Virus record (IMG/VR): IMGVR_UViG_3300027241_000181
Source: an uncultured virus (IMG/VR IMGVR_UViG_3300027241_000181)
Lineage: Duplodnaviria; Heunggongvirae; Uroviricota; Caudoviricetes
Length of the DNA: 55,250 nucleotides
Strand: one strand, 5' to 3'
Below, in pieces: positions 32,908-40,079 of the stretch. Every line of letters begins with the position of its first letter. The stretch's first letter is position 1. A model generated the notes under the pieces. It saw only the letters and a list, made by a program, of their open reading frames with translations, searched no databases and was not told where the DNA came from. The translations under genes were made by a program, and so were the position numbers.

Positions 32908-33434
32908 TGGCAACATATCTGATTGGTAACTGCCAGTTTGGCAGGGCCACCATTATTAAGCAAAACAAGCGTCCTTTCGATAACGTTCAAGAAATGAACG
33001 AAGAAATGATTCAGCGCTGGAACTCAGTAGTTACTGATGAAGATGATGTCATTCATCTAGGTAACTTTGCATGGGATCCAAGTACCACTGAAGAAGTGTT
33101 AATGCAATTGAACGGTCGTAGAATCCTAATGGTTCCAGCTGAGTTTGATAGTGCAATCCTTGACATGCAGGGTAAGCAGGCTCTACCGACTAACGCTCAG
33201 ATCATTAACCGTATCTTCGAGCAACCTCAGCTGAATGCTACATTTGCCTATTGGCCACTGATGGAATGGCCCCAGAAGTCAAAGGGACACTTCCTATACT
33301 ATGGTTTCTATAGCCCTAAGTACAAACCTGACCATAAGAAGAAGATGATTAACATGGCTTGTGAGTTTTGGAATTACACACCAATGAAGATTGGTAACCT
33401 GATCAAGCTGTTTGAAGATAAAGACATTGAGTAA
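32907..33434 (+). CDS. degenerate metallophosphoesterase-like protein
   Basis: RPF..V.EMNE.MIQRWNSVVT.ED.VIHLG scaffold of phage phosphoesterases, but with substituted metal ligands. Confidence 0.65.
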   Translation: MATYLIGNCQFGRATIIKQNKRPFDNVQEMNEEMIQRWNSVVTDEDDVIHLGNFAWDPSTTEEVLMQLNGRRILMVPAEFDSAILDMQGKQALPTNAQIINRIFEQPQLNATFAYWPLMEWPQKSKGHFLYYGFYSPKYKPDHKKKMINMACEFWNYTPMKIGNLIKLFEDKDIE

Positions 33435-33516
33435 ATTGTTAATAACTTTTTGCGCAATTGTTTCTCCGGGTCACCGGAATTTGTTATATTTACCTAGTAA
33501 TTAGTTATTTAGATAG

Positions 33517-33741
33517 ATGGAAGATCTTACCAAACTTGTCGGAGCCTCAGTAGTAGTGATTGTTTTAGTCGCTCTAGCTGCGGTCTTATTTGCATTGCCA
33601 GTAATGTTCCTTTGGAATTACTGTCTCGTTCCCGCAGTTGATGCGGTTAACCCGGTTTCTTTTTGGCAGGCCATGGGCATTAGTGTCCTTTTCAGCCTGT
33701 TGTTCAAGAACCACGGGGTCGTCTCTAAGAACCAAAAGTAA
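33517..33741 (+). CDS. small membrane protein
   Basis: Hydrophobic; LWN...FWQA.G motif. Confidence 0.6.
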   Translation: MEDLTKLVGASVVVIVLVALAAVLFALPVMFLWNYCLVPAVDAVNPVSFWQAMGISVLFSLLFKNHGVVSKNQK

Positions 33742-33827
33742 AAAAGTTTGAACTTTTTTCACTGAACTGTTTCACGGTTCAGATTTTTTTGTTATATTTA
33801 CCCAGTAACCACCAAAAAACAAAGAAT

Positions 33828-34439
33828 ATGGCAACTTATCGCGAACTCACAGAAAATTACATTGCAACTCGTTCACACGAAGATTACACCGCTCTCTACC
33901 GTAAGGTAAAGCCAGGCCTTCAAAACTACGTCAAGAATATCATCAAAGATAGTGATATCGCTGAAGACATCGCAGTCAACACTTTAATTAAGATGTGGAC
34001 TAAGATCGATCAGTATGATCCACAGTATCAGATCACCACTTGGTTATATCGCATTGCTTACAACGAATCTTTGTACTACATTCGCGAACGTAATCGTAAG
34101 ACTTCAATCGATCGTCTTCGTGACGAATACGGAGTAGAAGTTACAAGCATGAATAATGTACGTGCTCTTGAAGAATTAATCGATGATGCAGCTTACAAAT
34201 CTGAAATGGATTGGTACGAAGAAGAAAGTGAATTGAACGATACGTATGAAAATGCATTGAAAGCAATTCGCGAGCTCAAGCCTTTATACAAAGACATCTT
34301 AGTTGATCGTTTGATCGGTAACATGAAGTATGAAGACATTGCCAAGAAGCACGACCTTCCTCTTCAAACCATTAAGAATCGTATTCGTCGTGGCCGTACA
34401 CTAATTGTTGAAGCAATCGGAGTAGAAGTAAACTTTTAA
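33828..34439 (+). CDS. ECF-like sigma-70 family RNA polymerase sigma factor
   Basis: AEDI....LIKMW......YD......TTWLYRIAYN (region 2); L....KDIL......MKYEDIA....LPL.TIKNRIRRGR (region 4). Confidence 0.88.
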   Translation: MATYRELTENYIATRSHEDYTALYRKVKPGLQNYVKNIIKDSDIAEDIAVNTLIKMWTKIDQYDPQYQITTWLYRIAYNESLYYIRERNRKTSIDRLRDEYGVEVTSMNNVRALEELIDDAAYKSEMDWYEEESELNDTYENALKAIRELKPLYKDILVDRLIGNMKYEDIAKKHDLPLQTIKNRIRRGRTLIVEAIGVEVNF

Positions 34440-34441
34440 TC

Positions 34442-34786
34442 ATGAAACTAGAAGATCTTTTCACAACCGAATGGACTCCTCGAGTTAAAGAATACGCTGA
34501 CAAGATGGTGCAGGGAGTTCGTCACATTGATGAACATGTTCACCATGATGACGTATTGTTCAAAACACAAACCCATGAAGATATTTTTCATGATTTGGTT
34601 TGTGAAGCCGCGACCGATAATCTAGTCAATTACGGAGACCTACAATTAGATGCTGAAGCATTCGATGACATTACAATTAAGATTGACATCTATGAATCGT
34701 TACTTCGTCTTCGTCAAGACGGTGTGATAGATTGGATTGATGACGAGAACGGTGAAGAAATCATTTTCAAGAAGAATGAAGATTGA
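34442..34786 (+). CDS. hypothetical acidic protein
   Basis: 114-aa ORF. Confidence 0.55.
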   Translation: MKLEDLFTTEWTPRVKEYADKMVQGVRHIDEHVHHDDVLFKTQTHEDIFHDLVCEAATDNLVNYGDLQLDAEAFDDITIKIDIYESLLRLRQDGVIDWIDDENGEEIIFKKNED

Positions 34787-35519
34787 TAACATTTACCTGA
34801 TTACCTTAGATCATAGTCAACAGAGTTATGACTCGTTAATTGATCGTTTAAACAGGCTAGGGGTTCCCACAGGAACACCTTATAAAATTATTGAAGGAGT
34901 TAATGGTCGCCAGTTATTTAAGACAGAGGAGGGTCGAAATGAATATGGAATCAAGTTCTATGATAATTGGGCTCAAGGCACTAACAACGAATGGTGGAAT
35001 CGGCCAGTAACAACTGGTGAAGCCGGTGGAATCTGCTCCCACATTAAAATCTGGGAAGATGCATACCGAAATGGTTATGAAAACATCTTAATCATAGAAG
35101 ATGACTTCAATCCAATCGAAACGATAGATTGGAGCGTCTTTACTGAATTACAGAACTATGATTGGGATCTCATCTTCTTATCGAGATTGTTGGTTAATCA
35201 TCCAATGGTCAAAGATTTCAACGTAGGTTTAACTAACTTTATTCGTCCAGGTTACTCATATCAAACACATTGTTATGTATTGAATAAATCTGGAATCAGC
35301 AAGCTGGTTGAAACCAATCTACAGACGTTAAAGCAAAATATCATCGTATCAGACGAATTTTTGCCAGCAACGTATACTTGGCACCCACGACAAGATCTTC
35401 GCTCAATGTACAATCAAAACATGAGCGCGTTAGCATTAAAGTGGAATCCCGTAAGTCAGCTCCGGTTTGAAGCAGCTGGCAATTCTCAAACTCAGCCAGT
35501 AGAAGGCGTAGACTTTTAA
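34776..35519 (+). CDS. GT25-family glycosyltransferase resembling procollagen galactosyltransferase (COLGALT)
   Basis: IYLITL, GVNG, RPVTTGEAG..CSH..IW, ILIIEDD, DWDLIFL.R, PGYSY.T..YV, IIVSDEFLPA...HPR. Confidence 0.8.
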   Translation: MKIDNIYLITLDHSQQSYDSLIDRLNRLGVPTGTPYKIIEGVNGRQLFKTEEGRNEYGIKFYDNWAQGTNNEWWNRPVTTGEAGGICSHIKIWEDAYRNGYENILIIEDDFNPIETIDWSVFTELQNYDWDLIFLSRLLVNHPMVKDFNVGLTNFIRPGYSYQTHCYVLNKSGISKLVETNLQTLKQNIIVSDEFLPATYTWHPRQDLRSMYNQNMSALALKWNPVSQLRFEAAGNSQTQPVEGVDF

Positions 35520-35523
35520 AGAC

Positions 35524-35676
35524 ATGAACTCGTTAGCACAACTCGTAGACATTATCGCAGAACACCCATTCGCATCACTATTCTTGGTTATGTGTGTTGC
35601 ATGGGTAGTTAATACAACCATCGCCACAATTAAACCATGTGACTGTGGTGAAACAAAGAAAGATTCAGATATATAA
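35524..35676 (+). CDS. small membrane protein (50 aa)
   Basis: MNSLAQLVDIIAEHPFASLFLVMCVAWVV...; begins 4 nt after the upstream stop. Confidence 0.5.
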   Translation: MNSLAQLVDIIAEHPFASLFLVMCVAWVVNTTIATIKPCDCGETKKDSDI

Positions 35677-35697
35677 GTCTCAAACAAAGCTAAAACA

Positions 35698-35775
35698 ATG
35701 CGTACACTAATTCAACATAACAATAAATTCTGCATCTGGTATCCAGGTGAGAATGAGGCCTATGTGAAAATGTAA
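35698..35775 (+). CDS. putative attenuator leader peptide (25 aa, MRTLIQHNNKFCIWYPGENEAYVKM)
   Basis: A-rich start context after GATATATA (35668); contains ATGAGGCCT (35753-35761), complementary to the 5' arm of the downstream terminator. Confidence 0.6.
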   Translation: MRTLIQHNNKFCIWYPGENEAYVKM

Positions 35776-35798
35776 GTACTGTTTTACTTAACGTTCTT

Positions 35799-35836
35799 GA
35801 AAGGCCTCATCGAAAGATTGAGGCCTTTCTTTTTTT
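35799..35836 (+). terminator. intrinsic terminator (probably conditional) abutting tRNA-Cys
   Basis: GAAAGGCCTCA-TCGAAAGAT-TGAGGCCTTTC followed by T7. Confidence 0.85.
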
Positions 35837-35910
35837 GGTGAGTTGCTCGAGTGGCCTAAGGGAGCTGTTTGCAAAACAGACGTTCAGTGGTTCGAATCCA
35901 CTACTCACCT
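35837..35910 (+). tRNA. tRNA-Cys(GCA)
   Basis: GGTGAGT/ACTCACC acceptor stem, TTGCAAA loop, GGTTCGAATCC, U discriminator. Confidence 0.9.
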
Positions 35911-36033
35911 CAATCGCAACCGTAAAAAAGTTTCGTAAAAGTTTTACCGGGTCAAGTTTTTGTTGTATATTAGCCCAGTAATCATCAGATAGTGGTTCAA
36001 ATTTAACGGAGACAGTAAACCTTAATTAAATTT

Positions 36034-36228
36034 ATGACTATGAAAACGATGATGACAAACGAAGAAACAGCTAAGCAAATGTTCGGCCACCTGGTTGATA
36101 CTTGCGAAAGTTGCGAACAAAAGTTGGGAGTTTGGACTGAGAATCCTTTTGATGCAGATGTCCGTAACGAACACAACATGATGTTCCTTTGCAAAGAGTG
36201 CTTTCACGAATTGCAGATGGATGTCTGA
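36034..36228 (+). CDS. small CxxC...CxxC zinc-ribbon protein
   Basis: CESC...CKEC; exact start uncertain. Confidence 0.55.
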   Translation: MTMKTMMTNEETAKQMFGHLVDTCESCEQKLGVWTENPFDADVRNEHNMMFLCKECFHELQMDV

Positions 36229-36249
36229 GGTCTTTGACTTGGTGGTAAT

Positions 36250-36322
36250 GATTCTTTAGCTCAGTTGGTAGAGCAGTACACTTTTAATGTACGGGTCCCG
36301 GGTTCTAGCCCCGGAGGGATCA
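36250..36322 (+). tRNA. tRNA-Lys(TTT)
   Basis: TAGCTCAGTTGGTAGAGC D-arm; GTACA-CTTTTAA-TGTAC; atypical T-loop TTCTAGC. Confidence 0.88.
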
Positions 36323-36326
36323 CAAT

Positions 36327-36408
36327 GGGAGTATCGCATAGTGGCTATTGCAGTTGACTGTAAATCAATCGTCTAACGACATCGGAGGTTCGAGTCCTTC
36401 TACTCCCA
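36327..36408 (+). tRNA. tRNA-Tyr(GTA)
   Basis: GGGAGTA/TACTCCC; GTTGA-CTGTAAA-TCAAT; long variable arm; GGTTCGAGTCC. Confidence 0.9.
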
Positions 36409-36411
36409 CAA

Positions 36412-36533
36412 GGAAGAGGCAGTGCAAGCTGTAATAGATGATGGTGTTAAAATGGTGAAAAAGGGTTTGGAGTAATCAGAGCGTAAACAAATCATCTATC
36501 AGAAACCCTGAAAGACCCAGAGCCTCTTCCCCA
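36412..36533 (+). ncRNA. unidentified structured RNA between tRNA-Tyr and tRNA-Phe
   Basis: Terminal stem GGAAGAGGC/GCCTCTTCC followed by CCA; inner stem ATAGATGAT/ATCATCTAT; no tRNA T-loop. Confidence 0.6.
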
Positions 36534-36534
36534 T

Positions 36535-36607
36535 GGACTCGTAGCTCAGTTGGTAGAGCAATGGACTGAAAATCCATGTGTCGGCAGTTCGATTCTGCCC
36601 GAGTCCA
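36535..36607 (+). tRNA. tRNA-Phe(GAA)
   Basis: GGACTCG/CGAGTCC; ATGGA-CTGAAAA-TCCAT; GTTCGATTC. Confidence 0.92.
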
Positions 36608-36614
36608 CTAACAT

Positions 36615-36689
36615 TGCGGGTTGGACTGGAGGTGGTTCCAGCCTGGTCTCATAAGCCAAACGACGTGGGTTCGACTCCCACACCCGCTA
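36615..36689 (+). tRNA. tRNA-Met(CAT), initiator-like
   Basis: TGCGGGT/ACCCGCT with a 1:72 mismatch; CTCATAA loop; GGTTCGACTCC. Anticodon stem has two G-C pairs rather than three. Confidence 0.8.
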
Positions 36690-36764
36690 CTAAGATCTAA
36701 CCCAATGTAAACAATATGTTAATACTGATATATAAGTTAATAACATTAAAATAACATTGGGACT

Positions 36765-36968
36765 ATGAAACATCTTAAGAACTTTTTAGTGATGATTTTT
36801 TCAACACTATCTATCGCGTCAATTTCATTGGCAACACTAATGTTATCTACTTCATGCTCTTCTAATCATGATTTAGTTGACACTTCAACGTGGGCTTCTA
36901 AACAAACATGTCAGTTTGATCCACATTGTACAATTACATCTATTCACAGCCACGTTAGCTTTGAATAA
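36765..36968 (+). CDS. small putative lipoprotein
   Basis: Basic N-terminus, hydrophobic stretch, STSC lipobox-like sequence. Confidence 0.5.
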   Translation: MKHLKNFLVMIFSTLSIASISLATLMLSTSCSSNHDLVDTSTWASKQTCQFDPHCTITSIHSHVSFE

Positions 36969-36971
36969 ATA

Positions 36972-37200
36972 ATTAACACTGATCCATCGCTCGAAAGAGA
37001 GGAAACTCGGGACATCACTGCTTAAGGTGGAAGGTTATAACCTTTCCAAAACTAGTAAAAAAACAGAGTTTTGGAAAGGTTATAACCGTTATACCACCGA
37101 GGATGCAACACGTAATAGTCCATAGGGGTGAGCAGCCTGGGCAAGGTAGTGGCTTAGATTAATGGTGGAATAAAACAGAATCCCGGTTACTAGTGTTAAT
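36972..37200 (+). ncRNA. rnpB: minimal RNase P RNA (rnpB-like)
   Basis: CR-I GAGGAAACTCGGGA (36999-37012) and CR-V AACAGAATCCCGGTTA (37174-37189) form P4 with a bulged U. P1 ATTAACACT/AGTGTTAAT; P2 TCCATCG/TGGTGGA; P3 CTC-GAAA-GAG; CR-IV-like TAGATTAATG. Confidence 0.8.
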
Positions 37201-37206
37201 GTAAAT

Positions 37207-37284
37207 GGTGGTTGTAGCTCAGTTGGTTAGAGCGCTTGATTGTGGTTCAAGAGGTCGTCGGTTCGATTCCGATCAGTCACCCCA
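37207..37284 (+). tRNA. tRNA-His(GTG)
   Basis: G-1:C73 8-bp acceptor stem, CTTGA-TTGTGGT-TCAAG, encoded CCA. Confidence 0.92.
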
Positions 37285-37342
37285 GATATATAAATTGCGT
37301 ATCAACAAGCCGATCGCAACGGCTTTTACGCGGTCCCCCGTC

Positions 37343-37370
37343 AAACCCGGTCTTTTTGACCGGGTTTTTT
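37343..37370 (+). terminator. intrinsic terminator
   Basis: AAACCCGGTC-TTTTT-GACCGGGTTTTTT. Confidence 0.85.
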
Positions 37371-37435
37371 CATCTCGATGAAGTTTTACCGTCTTAAATG
37401 TGATATATACAGAAACAAAAAACATTTAAGTTAAA

Positions 37436-39142
37436 ATGCCAAATCCATTATATTTTAGATCTTCTAATCCAGGTCTAGGCAGCGTTAACGCTAAAGCAAA
37501 CAAACTTTACGAGTGGGACGGAACGGGTGCAATGCCAGCCGAACTTGCTCTAGGCAAAGGTGCTATGCCACCTGCTGAAATTTCAGGTGAAACGACAATT
37601 TGGTCGGATTCTTTCACACTAGGTTACACGAACGAAGCCGATGCTCACCCGATGTTCTGGTCAGACGGCGGAGCAGGTGATGCTAAAGTTCTTGAAATGA
37701 TTAATCACTTTGCAGGTAGACTTGGTCAACCTCTTTTCTCTGACGTTGTTGCCGCAAAAGTATGGGCTGAAACCGCAGCTGGTCTTTATTCTTCATGGGC
37801 TGCAGCTGTTGCTCCAGGTCCTGCAGGATGGGACAACACAGTAGAATTCAGACCATGGTCTGACGGTGGATTCACAGCTTCAACTAATGATCTGGTCTCT
37901 AACATATGGGCTACTATGGCTTATCCAGCTGTGAATGGGGTTAACTCATTTAGCATCTTTTTTACTAAAAACGCAGCTACAGCTGCATTTGCTGATCTAA
38001 GAGCTGGCGATATTGTTAGACTTGAACAGCCTTCTGGTGATTATGCAGTATGTTGGATAGCCAGAGATATCTGGCACACTAATTTAAGTCTTACAGGTGG
38101 AGGCACTGGACAGGGCTACAATCCTATGTTAGTTGTGGTTGAAGCGTCAGGTGTACTTAATACATCTCTTCCTACAACACTTAAGTTCCAAACAGCTCCT
38201 GTAGAACCTACATATTCTTTGGGTGCAGCGGGTGGACACTCTCTTACAATCACTAACGCATCAGCAACTGAACCTATTGTAAAGGTGTGGATTGAAGATG
38301 CTGCGATTGGATCAGGAGCTGGTAAGGCATGGTTAGCGTCTTATGGCGTTCCTAGCGGTACTCCTTTGGGAAACGGCAATACTGCGGCTCCATGGCTTCC
38401 AATTAGACCTGGTCATTCAGTTACTCTAACTGACGTACCTTTGAGCGATATTAACAAATTCACTATGAACTTGGAGCTTGCAAATGCGTCAGGTAAATGG
38501 ATTTATGCATCAACTAACAGAGCACAAAACAACATAAGCTTTATTTCAGCAGTTTCTGGAAATAATCTATTCACACTTGGCAATGCCACTGGCGGAATTG
38601 CGATTACATCGCCTGCGCATTTTGACGTTACACTTGTAAATGTATACAGACCAACTACTCTACCAGATCCAATGCCACCTGCGGGTTCAGTTGCAGGATC
38701 TTATTTCCCTACAACATATACTGAAGTTAACGTAGGAACAGGCCCTCACACTCTGATTGTACACAACCACACTGACATAAGCATTAAAGGTATTATGCCT
38801 GGATCCGGCGCAGGTACCTATAAAGCAGCGGGTGTCGGTGATATTCCTGGAGCTGTTCAAGCTGAATGGTTAAGCATTGCACCGGGAGGATACATTAAAT
38901 TCACTGGAGTTAATCACCAATTTGACGGTTCTAAGAACATAGTACCTTACTCGGTGTATTTTACCGGTTACGGTGGGAAGTATTTTGAAACGATTGCAGA
39001 TGGTGAAATTGTCGCTGGTAATTATTCTATTGACCCTACGAGGCATGCAGCTCTTACAGGTCCAATTGTTGCAGGTGTTGAGACTTCACTTAACGCTGCC
39101 GGAGCTACTGTTGAACTTAGAATTTACAAGTATATTCAATAA
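37436..39142 (+). CDS. putative virion decoration protein with duplicated beta-sandwich modules
   Basis: 568 aa, G/A/T/P-rich; own GATATATA motif (37402) and terminator. Confidence 0.55.
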   Translation: MPNPLYFRSSNPGLGSVNAKANKLYEWDGTGAMPAELALGKGAMPPAEISGETTIWSDSFTLGYTNEADAHPMFWSDGGAGDAKVLEMINHFAGRLGQPLFSDVVAAKVWAETAAGLYSSWAAAVAPGPAGWDNTVEFRPWSDGGFTASTNDLVSNIWATMAYPAVNGVNSFSIFFTKNAATAAFADLRAGDIVRLEQPSGDYAVCWIARDIWHTNLSLTGGGTGQGYNPMLVVVEASGVLNTSLPTTLKFQTAPVEPTYSLGAAGGHSLTITNASATEPIVKVWIEDAAIGSGAGKAWLASYGVPSGTPLGNGNTAAPWLPIRPGHSVTLTDVPLSDINKFTMNLELANASGKWIYASTNRAQNNISFISAVSGNNLFTLGNATGGIAITSPAHFDVTLVNVYRPTTLPDPMPPAGSVAGSYFPTTYTEVNVGTGPHTLIVHNHTDISIKGIMPGSGAGTYKAAGVGDIPGAVQAEWLSIAPGGYIKFTGVNHQFDGSKNIVPYSVYFTGYGGKYFETIADGEIVAGNYSIDPTRHAALTGPIVAGVETSLNAAGATVELRIYKYIQ

Positions 39143-39166
39143 TCTAACTTCATACTAACTATTTTT

Positions 39167-39194
39167 AAAGCCCGGTCTTTGACCGGGCTTTTTT
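39167..39194 (+). terminator. intrinsic terminator
   Basis: AAAGCCCGGTC-TTT-GACCGGGCTTTTTT. Confidence 0.85.
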
Positions 39195-39253
39195 ATTATC
39201 AAATGAAACAACCCTTAGATCTAGTATATAAATACTGTTCTTCGGAATAACCA

Positions 39254-39326
<73 letters not shown>

Positions 39327-39353
39327 CAAAAAAAGAGTTATATAATTTCTTTT

Positions 39354-39427
39354 AGTCTTGTAGCTCAGTTGGTTAGAGCATTCGCCTGATACGCGAAGGG
39401 TCACTGGTTCGAGTCCAGTCAGGACTA
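39354..39427 (+). tRNA. tRNA-Ile(GAT)
   Basis: AGTCTTG/CAGGACT; TTCGC-CTGATAC-GCGAA; GGTTCGAGTCC. Confidence 0.9.
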
Positions 39428-39432
39428 CATAT

Positions 39433-39503
39433 TACCCCGTCGTCTAATGGCAGGACAAGTGGTTTTGGTCCACTTAATGGTAGTTCGAATCTATCCGGGG
39501 TAA
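39433..39503 (+). tRNA. tRNA-Gln(TTG)
   Basis: TACCCCG/CGGGGTA; AGTGG-TTTTGGT-CCACT; GTTCGAATC. Confidence 0.9.
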
Positions 39504-39522
39504 CAGCATGCCATGCAAGAAT

Positions 39523-39596
39523 TCCTTCTTAGCTCAGTTGGTTAGAGCATCTGACTGTTAATCAGAGGGTCGCTGGTTCAAGTCCAGCAGAGGGAG
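39523..39596 (+). tRNA. tRNA-Asn(GTT)
   Basis: TCTGA-CTGTTAA-TCAGA; canonical D and T arms; G discriminator. Confidence 0.92.
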
Positions 39597-39602
39597 CAAT
39601 CT

Positions 39603-39636
39603 AGAGTCCAGGTTTACTTAAATCTGGACTCTTTTT
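39603..39636 (+). terminator. intrinsic terminator closing the tRNA cluster
   Basis: AGAGTCCAGGTTTA-CT-TAAATCTGGACTCT followed by TTTT. Confidence 0.75.
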
Positions 39637-39691
39637 GTTTGAAACTTTTTACGATCTCATAGTATAATCAATACATTTAAAGGATTAACTG

Positions 39692-40075
39692 ATGAGAGAC
39701 TTAAAGACTTTGAACACCCTAATCGATCGCATTCGTAGCGATTATCAATTTGATTCAAGCTCAGAAGATTACATGGGCTTTTTGAACTTAGATCCATCCC
39801 AGGATTGGACAACTCAGGAATACGATGAAGTATCGTACATGGTTGAGAATGAGCCCGAATTATTGGATGATATTCTTGAAATGCGTGGTTTAGAGCTTCA
39901 AAGTTTTGGTCCAACTGAAGCTATCTTTGTCTTAATTGAAGAGCCTTTTGCTAATTGGAATCAAGGTCGCACTCCAAACCAAGTTCAATACTCAGAAATG
40001 GTAGTCAACGCTATCCTTTCTTTAGCTGCGGCCGCCGCAATCGTAACGGTTCTTTACTCATTCTTTAACATATAA
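39692..40075 (+). CDS. hypothetical protein with C-terminal membrane anchor
   Basis: 127-aa ORF after an AAAC-N17-TATAAT motif. Confidence 0.55.
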   Translation: MRDLKTLNTLIDRIRSDYQFDSSSEDYMGFLNLDPSQDWTTQEYDEVSYMVENEPELLDDILEMRGLELQSFGPTEAIFVLIEEPFANWNQGRTPNQVQYSEMVVNAILSLAAAAAIVTVLYSFFNI

Positions 40076-40079
40076 CATA

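Noticed and set aside
36412..36533. tRNA-Sec, suggested by the GGAAGA.../...TCTTCC ends
   Set aside because: No TCA anticodon arm and no TTCRA T-loop.
37033..37087. MITE or stand-alone inverted repeat
   Set aside because: Single copy nested within RNase P helices, with no target-site duplication seen.
9018..39194. Shared CCCGGTC/GACCGGG stems at ~9021, ~37346 and ~39171 as a mobile repeat
   Set aside because: All are short terminator hairpins after genes, adequately explained as reused terminators.
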